Below are positions 54,585-64,000 of a stretch of DNA of 64,000 bases, one piece after another. The notes under the pieces are model-generated. The model had not been told where the DNA came from. It did no database searches and was given only the letters and a program-made list of their open reading frames with translations. Source of the stretch: Octopus sinensis (lineage: Eukaryota); assembly GCF_006345805.1 (NCBI RefSeq), contig NC_043013.1, positions 57,040,001-57,104,000 on the forward strand, given 5' to 3'. Numbering within the stretch: position 1 is the stretch's first letter; the number at the start of each line of letters is the position of its first letter. The translations under genes and the position numbers were made by a program.

Positions 54585-56270
54585 ATGATAGGCTTCTGAC
54601 GAATTTTACACATATTTAAAATTCCAGTGATAGACTGAATCAGGAGACTTCGTAGTTTCTCAAATTGGTATTTAGGCAGTGTTTTACAGATCCCAGTGCT
54701 CCAATAATTACAAGTATAAAGCTGAACTTGCATTTTGGATAGAGTAACTGCAGATTTCCTAATATTTTAGCGTAGGTATTCGCTTTTTCACTGATCTTCA
54801 GCTTTATGTTAACAACCGTTGGGCAGCTAATTTCCACAACTGTACACAGTTTCTCTTTATCCCAAGTCGTTCTATAACGTCTGTTGTGCTTACATGTTAT
54901 TGAGGTCTTCACTGGAACATTCCGCCAATACTTCTTTTTACTATGAATGGGTATGGCTTCTACCATACTCTGAGTTCCCATTTCTTTGTTGTCAGGGCTA
55001 TTCTTCTGACGGATTTCATTATAGAGTGTCCTAGCTACAACATCATGTCTCATGGGTAAATAATATCGTCATGAGATTTTCGGACAGTTGCTTATGATGT
55101 GGGTGATTTCTTCGGTGTTAACTCCACAAAGTCTGCATCGGTCGTCCCATTTTACTGCTTTTTCCACATCTCTGTCCCTTTTGTGCGTCAGGTATTTGGT
55201 TGATATTTTCTGTTCCTGGATTGCAAACGCATACCCCTCAAACTGCGACGTCGTAATCCGGTTATTGGTCCATGATAGATGCTTTGATGATCAATGTTAC
55301 TATCATTTCGAAACTTTCTAATAGCGTATTCATGCATAGACTTCTGCACATACGTGTTCATCTTTTCATCTGATGATACATTGCGGTTGAATTGTGCGAC
55401 TTCCTGGCCTGTATCTAAGGTTATTAGACAAGGAATGTTGCTAAAGATGCTGCCTTCCAAGTCTTATGATGTTATCAGCCTCATGTATGCAAACTTGGTC
55501 AAGGGATGCACTTCGACTCTTGGCGGTTGAAATATATTGCCGAAGAGATGTGATATGAAATTCAAAGGTATTTTAGATCGATGTTAAGCCTCTGCCGCTT
55601 TGTTTTCGTTTTCGACAGAGGCGGTTTACGTCACTGTTTATGTGGAAATTATGTGTGCTTGTTAGTATTTTTCGGGTTTTCACATCAATGGCTCGGATCT
55701 CATCAAGCGTCCAATCAAGCAGCCCAAATGTTGCTATGAGTCCTGGCACAGCAAACACATTTTCGGCCACTGTTTTATTGTATGCAGTGAGTTCTAAAGT
55801 CCAAATTTTCTTAATTCAGCTGTAATATTTAATGGTGCGTGTTTTGTTACCGGTGCCATTACAAGATATGTTTTCATCCACCCCTAGATACCTGTAACAT
55901 TCCTCACCAGATGTAAGGGAAACAGTCAAATCATCGATGGAAATGTTGCTAGAGGTTTACAGAAAGTATAAACATTATCATAGAGAGGCTGTCTCCTCGG
56001 AATATTCTTTTGTGATACTCTATTCTAACAGTTATAATACAGTCACTCTATATGTTTAATTTCAAGATGATAGCCCATTCTGAAATCAGGTCAGCTGTAG
56101 TTTTGACTATGCTCACTATAACTTTAGCAAGTTGAAGGGATTCTAGTTTCCATGAGTGGGTAACAGAGTCAAAGGCTTTCTTGTTCTCTAGCCACATTGA
56201 AACACCAATGCCACTATAATATTCTTGTTTTTATTGCGATGTAAATGCTTCCCACACAATAATATCTCAT
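54585..56270 (-). mobile_element. R4/Dong-type element (subfamily F), RT through endonuclease, decayed
   Basis: Antisense WLENKKAFDSVTHSW, CYRYLGVDEN, RKQSGRGL, RHDVVARTLY, VVEISCP, FILVIIGALG; homologous to 24720-25750. Confidence 0.82.
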
Positions 56271-56339
56271 GTGTCCTTCCATTTTGTTTTTAATTACAAA
56301 CTATTCCTGCAAATAAAAACAAAATGAAAAGTGGAATAA

Positions 56340-56520
56340 AACATGCTGGAAAATCATTAATCCTGGATGTATTTCGGCAGGTGAGAATAACACTGGATCT
56401 AAGCAGCAAGAAAAATAGTTCTGAGTTCAAATTCCGTCGAGGTCGACTTTGATTCTTTCGGGTCGATAAACGAGTCTATGTTATCGACTAAATCTTCCTT
56501 CAATTTGTTAGCCTTCATCA
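56340..56520 (+). mobile_element. Decayed tRNA-derived SINE
   Basis: GTTCTGAGTTCAAATTCCGTCGAGGTCGACTTTG..TTTCGGGTCGATAAA. Confidence 0.65.
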
Positions 56521-57466
56521 TCGTCGGCGGCGGCGTCGTCATCATCATCATCGTCACCACCCTTAAACCGTCTGCCTCTGAGATGTGTATCAATGTTATA
56601 CCAGAAATCTCTCCGCTCAATATCATTGGCTGATCCTCAGTTTCATATTATGTATCTCTGCAGGTAGGAACAATATAATAGTGAAGCCTTTCTCCTCGAT
56701 TAAGCTATGGAAGTTTCTAAAATATAACAACTGATATGGCATGTTGTTTAGTAAAATAGCATCGGTGAGTAAACCCTACCCTGCATTGAGCATCATACGG
56801 TGAGACAGGTGGAATGTGCCAATAAATCTTCTCTTTTGTCTGATGTTCACAGCACGAACTGTTTTCAGACCTCGTGAAATGTTTGGTGTACGAACAATCC
56901 AAGCCATCTTGAAACTCCATCACCAAATTGTGCCAGCTACATAAAAAAGGATGCTGTCAACACAGACTCTGGAGATCAGGTTTGTTAAATTTTGAAGTGT
57001 GTATTCCATATCAACCATGTTGTTGAAATCCTTCATAAAATGCTAACAATTTTAGAATTGGATTCAAAGAATTTCTTTTGCTCTTTGTACTCTCTGTCTG
57101 TCTGCCTGTCTGTCTCTCTTTAAATAGTATATATTGAATTATGAAAATTTTTTATTGCTTAAAATTTCTCCGTATTTGCAATGTCTGTATATTCAAAGAG
57201 AATAAGTCGAATAAGCCTTTGCTGTATACCCAGCATTAAATTTCTCAAATATACAATATCATTAATTATTATAAGACATAATGGATTGTGTTTGGAAACT
57301 CAATACAAATTCTATATTCTTTTATTTAAAAATTTGATAACAAAAAAGAGTAAAATGTGTTTCTATATCTATATATATATTTATTTATATATATGGAAAA
57401 GAAAGTCAAGAGAGAGACCGATGCATACATATACACCTACAGAAACACATGCATATATATACGTAC

Positions 57467-57889
57467 GTAGAAGGTTGAAAAGGAACACACGAGTTGTATA
57501 CATGGAAAAGAAAATCAAGGTAGAAAATGCTAAAATAATTTTATAAAAGAACATTTCAGAACCAGTTTCAGTCATTGAGACTTTTTCAACTGTAAGTATG
57601 GAAAACAATTAAATTTTGGAAAAATTAAAAGAAGAGATTAAACAAGAGAGACAGAGACAGGCAGAAACAAGGAAAATGTCACTTGTATTTGAACACTATG
57701 CAAATATTCTTTTTAAAAACTTACCTTTTAATTTTTCCAAAATTTAATTGTTTTCCATACTTACAGTTGAAAAAGTCTCAATGACTGAAACCGGTTCTGA
57801 AATGTTTTTTTATAAAATTATTTTAGCATTTTCTACCTTGACTTGTTTTTCCATGTATACAACTCGTATGTTCCATTTCAACCTTCTAC
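57467..57889. repeat. Foldback: 165-bp inverted arms 57467-57631 / 57725-57889 with a 93-bp spacer
   Basis: Manual match; the ORF track shows the same peptide start on both strands. Confidence 0.9.
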
Positions 57890-58578
57890 ATACATCTCTT
57901 ATTATAAAAGGCAGATTTTATCTGCCTCCCTTTATATCTTATAGAAATCTACAATATAGGATTTCTTCAATTACAATTTACCTAGCATTTTTAAGAGTAG
58001 AATGCATCGGGTCGTGCCAGGTCCAGTTTTTAAAATTTCAACCCCAATTAAGCAAAATTTTGAGAAAACCCACATTCTGGTGTGTATGTCAAATGCTTTT
58101 CTTAGTGTGGGATACAGCAAACGCATACGCACACACACACAAACGGAGCGAACTGTTTCACTGACGCTATCACCCTAATTTCTCCTTTCTCTTTGCAAGT
58201 CTACCTTACAACACTATTCAAAAAAAAGAAAGCAGCAAACAGAAACAAATAAATACATAACGATTTACTCCTCACACAATTTCTTCAATTAGACTTTACC
58301 TATGATTTTTCAAAGAACTTCCATTCGGTCATGCCATACAAAATTTCTTTCAATTTCACCCCCAATTAAGACAAAATTCGAGAAAACTCAATATTTTAAC
58401 ATTTCACTTTGAAGCCTTTACTCTGCCTATTACTCCCACTTCCTCTTTAGACACATAGACACGCTAATATATACGACAGTGTCAATTGTTGACAGACATT
58501 GTAAGCTAACGTGTGTGTGTGTGTGTGTGTGTGTGTCTGTGTGTGTGTGTGTATGTGTGTGTGTGCGTGTGTGTGAGG

Positions 58579-58611
<33 letters not shown>

Positions 58612-58837
58612 ACAGGGATGACCCATTCAGACTGGTCATCCTTTTTGCTAGAAGATCACCTATGCTACACCACTGGTTTTCAGTTCATATTAATCAAATT
58701 AATATTAACAAGAAGAAGGACTATTCATTATAATACATCAGTTCCATCGGACAAATGCACAAACATTTGCCATTTTACACATGTATGTAAACAAATTCCT
58801 TTCTTTTAGAATTTCAATTCATTTTCTTTTTCAATTC

Positions 58838-59322
58838 ATACAAAGTTATTTAGGACGAATATAACATCTAAAGTTATCTCTAAGAAGCAGAAAGATCGCC
58901 CAAAAGTGTATATAGATATTTAAATGTATTTATATATTCATCTATGCACACATGTATGTATAACGTGTGTGTATATATTTCCATAGACGTAACCATTCAC
59001 TCCGCACAAAGTTTTTTAGGACGAAAATAACACCTAAAGTTATCTCTAAGTAGCAGTCGCCCAAAAGTGTATATAGACACACACATGTATGTATAATGTG
59101 TGTGTATATATTTCCATAGAGGTAACCATTCGCTCCATACAAAGTTATTTAGGACGAATATAAGATCTAAAGTTATCTCTAAGAAGCAGAAAGATCGTCC
59201 AAAAGTGTATATAGATATTTAAATGTATTTATATATTCATCTATACACACATGTATGTATAATGTGTGTGTATATATTTCCATAGAGGTAACCATTCACT
59301 CCGCACAAAGTTTTTTAGGACG
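58838..59322. repeat. Tandem repeat of about 3 units (approx. 165, 134 and 166 bp)
   Basis: Recurring CAAAGTT(A/T)TTTAGGACGAA..AAAGTTATCTCTAAG..CCAAAAGTGTATATAG..TTTCCATAGA(C/G)GTAACCATTC. Confidence 0.88.
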
Positions 59323-59330
59323 GACGAAAA

Positions 59331-60154
59331 TCTTTATATATAAATGAAAGGTTGTGTGTCTGTCTACTCCGATTTAGATTCCTAACTACTCCCACATTTT
59401 GCGATGCAGTTTAACAAAAACCGAGTATCTTATAGTCGTGATTCATATCGAGCCCTTCTGGGTATTAGCGCGCGTCTACGATGAGTCTACGATTTTACAA
59501 ATAATTTACCATCATTTTTTCCCATTTTAATGCATTTTTTTAAAATTAAGGGAAGTAACTCTCAAACTTCACACCAATATGCGTGCTCATATGCGACGTA
59601 ATATCACATCAGTAGCATTTCCTCACACCCTCATTGCACTTGGCGAAGGCAAAATACCAGGGGATGAAAATGGTAATATTGCCATCGATTCCATTTGTAC
59701 CATTGTTAAGACGCCTTCTGATCACAGAGATGCAGTGTTCCAAGATCTACAAGCTAATTATCAGAATATGGATTGGATTGGCAAAAAGGCTATACTGGCC
59801 CCAAGGAATAAAACTGTTCACCATATTAATGATGAAATGCTAAAACTCATTCCTGGGGAAGTCTATGTATATCAGTCTATCGATACAACTCCTGACCCAG
59901 AGGACGTCATCAACTATCCAATAGAGGTACTCAATTCCTTTGAGCACCCCGGACTACCACCACACATTCCCAAACTTAAAGTTGGTGCCCCTATAATGCT
60001 CATCAGAAATTTGGTTCCCCCAAAACAATGCAATGGCACACGTTTGATCGTTAAGTCCTTATCTGCCAGCGTAAACTTATATCAATATTTGCCTGAATAA
60101 TCAACAGTACTTTCAAGTAATTCAGCCCCGAGCAACGCCGGGCAATTCTGCTAG
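59331..60154 (+). mobile_element. Non-autonomous, internally deleted Helitron
   Basis: A|TC 5' end at 59331; hairpin CCCG-agcaacgc-CGGG 60127-60142; CTAG|T 3' end at 60154; PIF1-like helicase fragment inside. Confidence 0.9.
59579..60100 (+). CDS. Helitron PIF1-like helicase fragment (173-aa ORF, partial)
   Basis: ALGEGKI, KAILAPRNKTVHHIN, GLPPH.PKLKVGAPIMLIRNL..CNGTRLIV. Confidence 0.8.
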   Translation: MRAHMRRNITSVAFPHTLIALGEGKIPGDENGNIAIDSICTIVKTPSDHRDAVFQDLQANYQNMDWIGKKAILAPRNKTVHHINDEMLKLIPGEVYVYQSIDTTPDPEDVINYPIEVLNSFEHPGLPPHIPKLKVGAPIMLIRNLVPPKQCNGTRLIVKSLSASVNLYQYLPE

Positions 60155-60213
60155 TATATATATATATGCATGTGTTTCTGTATGTGTATATGTATGCATC
60201 GGTCTCTCTCTCA

Positions 60214-60295
<82 letters not shown>

Positions 60296-60364
60296 GTATG
60301 TATATGTTAATAAGTATACTCACACACACATAAACGCACACATCATATCTCATTCCTAAAAGAA

Positions 60365-60403
<39 letters not shown>

Positions 60404-60644
60404 ACCTTTCTTACATTTAAAATTATTTCCAAATGACAATGAAAAAAAATAAAACTGCTACAATAACATTCACATTAGCAGCAACGAAATTGGTTATTTA
60501 TTTGACTCAATGCTTCAGAATGTCCCTCAGAAAGAATACAACAAAATGTTCTAATTAGATTTTTGCATACTTTTTTAAATTCTTGCATTTCTCATCAATA
60601 TTCTCATCTCTTTTCTTTGCCATTACACGCACAAAAAAACAATT

Positions 60645-60684
<40 letters not shown>

Positions 60685-60752
60685 GATTCAGTACCAATGC
60701 CCTGATGCAGTACCAATGCCCTGATGCAGTACCAATGCCCTGATGCAGTACC

Positions 60753-61309
60753 AATGCCCTGATGCAGTACCAGGCAGTGGCTCTCATGGCGTCTGATCTT
60801 AACTGATTGGAAGTGTTATCATGTACATTGTTCTGTCTTGGTATAAAAGATGGGCTACAGCAAATATTCTGCTCAATACCACATATTTGCTTGTCAGTTG
60901 TTTGACCTTAACCAGTTGAGCATGTCCCTTAGTGGCTGACGATATGTGCATCTCTGATCACGAGCAGAAGTAGTGGGGGAGCATCATAGCCATGTGTTGA
61001 GAAGGATTCTTTGGGGTTTGAATAATTCACCTCTGGAGATTGGGGTGGTTTTTTCAACATCCTTAAACAACCCTTATTCAGGGACCGTTTGAGCGGGATG
61101 GGCTACTCAAGCTGAAGAAAATTCTAACTGGGCCCCACCTGCAAGGTCATGTGCAGTTTATCTTGATATGAGATCACCATGTCGCGCACATATGGTTGTG
61201 ATGCATGTGCCTGGTATGCCCTTATCAGACGGGTAGTCATGATGGGTATATTGGGCTTCATATATTTTAGCCCAGGGTCACTTTGATGGCATGAACTGCT
61301 CTCTCACTC
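60753..61309. mobile_element. 557-bp (AAT)n-flanked non-coding element (copy 2), preceded by tandem copies of its first 19 bp
   Basis: Colinear with 17091-17647; AATGCCCTGATGCAGTACC x4 at 60696-60771. Confidence 0.88.
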
Positions 61310-61436
61310 AATAATAATAATAATTATAATAATAATGATAATAATAATAATAATAATAACAACAATGATGATGATAGTGATGATGATGATGATGATGATG
61401 ATAATAATAATAATGATGATGATGATGATGATGATG

Positions 61437-61475
<39 letters not shown>

Positions 61476-61485
61476 TAATAATAAT

Positions 61486-61531
<46 letters not shown>

Positions 61532-61719
61532 TTAATAATAATAATAATAATGACCAAGCTTTGGCCATGCACTACGAATGAGTGTCTCCGCTGTGCCGCA
61601 TGCGCAATAGAGTGGATGAAATCATTGCCCATATCACGAACGAATGCCCTAGATTTGCCCAAAACCACTACAAGTTGTGGTGACACGATCAGGTAGCGAA
61701 AGTGCTACATTGGAGACTG

Positions 61720-62245
61720 TGTGAAAAGTGGGGCCGGAGAGTAAGAAGACATGGTGTGAGCAGAAGCAGCAGAGACTGGTGGAGTCGGAGACTAGCAAAA
61801 TACTCTGGAATTTCCCAATCCAAACAGATCAGGTGCTAGAGCATAACAGACCGGACTTAGTGGCGGTGGACATGATGCACAACGTATGCTATATAGCTGA
61901 TGTTGCATGCTTCTTTGACCCACGAATGGTCAAGATGGAAAGATAGATAAATACAACCCTGTTAAGTACAAAATAGCCCGGCTTTGGAAATTGAAGAAAG
62001 TGAAGATAGTTCCAATCATTGTTGGTTCCTTGGGAACAGTATCAGAAGGCGTAAAGAGGAATATAAAGGAAATTGGAATAGAGAGCCCTATTATAAAAGG
62101 TTTGCCTCCTTGGCACGGCTAGAATAATCAGGAAAGTATTAGCTGAAAAGAATGGATAGCATGGTACCGTAGGCTGCAGGTAGCAAGCCCGCTACGCATG
62201 TAAGACTCCAGGAGCTCCAACAAAACCTTTGATAAAGAGAAATAA
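61720..62245 (+). mobile_element. R4/Dong 3' fragment (subfamily D)
   Basis: KILWNFPIQTDQVLEHNRPDLVAVD..CYIADVACFFD, IVPIIVGSLG; 3' UTR ends at an AAC/AAT tail. Confidence 0.82.
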
Positions 62246-62289
62246 CAACAACAACAATACTAATAATCGACTACACATAATTATTAAAG

Positions 62290-62668
62290 CCGGTGGGAAA
62301 ATACTTGTAGACTAATTGATATGTGTTCCAACTGATAAAAATATATCTGTAAAGAAATTTGACAAATTGAGTCAAGAAAAGGAAAAAAACATAGAATCCC
62401 TCAAATTTTTAAATTAGAAGAATTTGGAGCATGAGAACAGTAAAGGTCATGCTTATAATAATTTGTGCGTTGGGAACAGTAAACCAAGATATAGACTGAA
62501 GGAAATTTAAATAGAATGCCCAGTAAGCTCCTTCAGAAAGTTTGTCTCTTAGGGACAAGGATTATAAGGAGGGTTCTAAGCACTTGAAAGAGTGCCGAAA
62601 ACTTGTAGATACCTAAGGTTACAGGTAGTCACTCACTACCCACATAATTCCTACCAGGAATAAGACCA
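62290..62668 (+). mobile_element. Decayed R4/Dong endonuclease fragment (subfamily G)
   Basis: KTCRLID..VPTDKNISVKKFDKLS..IICALGTV..KVCLLGTRIIRRVLST*. Confidence 0.65.
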
Positions 62669-62669
62669 A

Positions 62670-63190
62670 GCATGGGCCGGCTTCTCATCTTAAGTGATCG
62701 GAAGTGTTTTGTCTTGGTATAAAAGATGGGCTACAGCAAATATTCTGCTCAATACCACAGATTTGCTTGTCAGTTGTTTTACCTTAACCAGTTGAGCATG
62801 TCCCTTAGTGGCTGACGATATGTGCATCTCTGATCACGAGCAGAAGTAGTGGGGGAGCATCATAGCCATGTGTTGAGAGGAATTCTTTGGGGTTTGGATA
62901 ATTCACCATTGGAAACATGGGTGTTCCGTTCAACATACTTAAGCAACCCTTATTCAGGAACCTTTTGAGTGGGATCGGCTACTCGACCTGAAGAAAATTC
63001 TAACTAGGCCCCACCTGCAAGGTCGTGTGCTGTTTATCTTGATATGAGATCACCATGTCACGCTCATATGGTTGTGATGCATGTGTTTAGTGTACCCTTT
63101 ATTAGGTGGGTTGTCATGATGTGTGTATTGGGCTTCATGTATTTGTACCCCTGTATCACTTTGATGGCATGTACTGCTCCCTTACTCACT
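62670..63190. mobile_element. 557-bp element, copy 3 (left end missing)
   Basis: Colinear with 17091-17647 from about position 35; followed by (AAT)n. Confidence 0.85.
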
Positions 63191-63200
63191 AATAACAATG

Positions 63201-63242
<42 letters not shown>

Positions 63243-63258
63243 TAATAATAACAACAAC

Positions 63259-63293
<35 letters not shown>

Positions 63294-63469
63294 TAATAAT
63301 AGTGATAATAATAATAATAATGATAATAATAATAATAATAACAATAATAATAATAATAAGCAGGAGGAGGGGGGATGAGGAAGAGAAGGAGAATGATGAT
63401 GATGAGTATACAATAACCCGCCACTCGAGTGTCTTAGTGTAAATAAAAGTCTACATTATACAGGATTGC

Positions 63470-64000
63470 CCGAGTGAGGCTGAAAACTGCTAGACAGCTT
63501 GAGTTATTCTAACTGGAGATTTTTAAAATCTTCCACTTCAGAAAGGAATGTTGTGTCCATGAATTATTGCAGAGTTTTTGAGAGTAATGGGTGTGATGGG
63601 AGAGGTGTCTTCCAACAGAAAGGACTTTTCTATAGGACGCCACTCGGTTGTTTTAAATCAATGATGTTGAAAGACATTGACTAGATGAGATAATTAAGTT
63701 AGAACTGGTCAAAGAACTGACCAGTAAGTCGACAAAATTACCAGAGGTTTCAGGTGTAAGATGGTTAGAATGTGATGTGAGACGTTGCGAAGTGTGTTGC
63801 ATTGTATAGTTAGTGATCATCGTCCGATGCAAAGCAATTAGTGATTGTGATGGCTATAGAAAAGGTTTTGGTAATAAGAGATCTTAATAAGAGGTAGAAT
63901 AACATGTCTTGATACGAGATAGAAAACATCTTCCAATATCACCCGACTTTAAGGCCAGGAGCAGGAAAACCGTTCAGTTGAATCTATCATACAATAACAA
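63470..64000 (-). mobile_element. Decayed CR1/L2-like LINE RT remnant
   Basis: Antisense LSHLVNVF..TEWRPIEKS..SPITPITL..SAII..GRF..S follows the LF..WK..V.PI.K..NYRPISL..QYGFR pattern with stops. Confidence 0.4.

Noticed and set aside
56717-56926. Cys/His-rich ORF as a piggyBac C-terminal domain
   Set aside because: Cys spacing does not fit convincingly
60689-60771. CRISPR-like repeat
   Set aside because: Contiguous tandem with no spacers, no cas genes, eukaryotic context

Overview
AT-rich eukaryotic, microsatellite-dense DNA. The repeat families match those I associate with Octopus (inference from recall, not from a search). I find no intact host protein-coding gene, rRNA, bona fide tRNA or CRISPR array, and most ORFs in the track are microsatellite read-throughs. 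The window is mostly transposon debris: about 11 fragments of R4/Dong-type non-LTR retrotransposons (RT, CCHC, PD-(D/E)xK endonuclease) stacked in (TAA)n and (ATAC)n tracts, tRNA-derived SINEs, RTE and CR1/L2 remnants, an 824-bp Helitron with both ends, and decayed DNA transposases. The standout signal is non-coding: type I hammerhead ribozymes. A fully paired core occurs at 6168-6215 (+) and 5758-5805 (-), inside a 480-bp, terminally redundant, circularly permuted and inverted unit. A second family couples a Pol III tRNA-like head to a minimal hammerhead (16260-16543, 35700-36182). These resemble Penelope pseudo-LTR, retrozyme or Schistosoma Sm-alpha-like elements. Ribozyme activity and novelty are untested. 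Element boundaries are approximate unless stated as exact.
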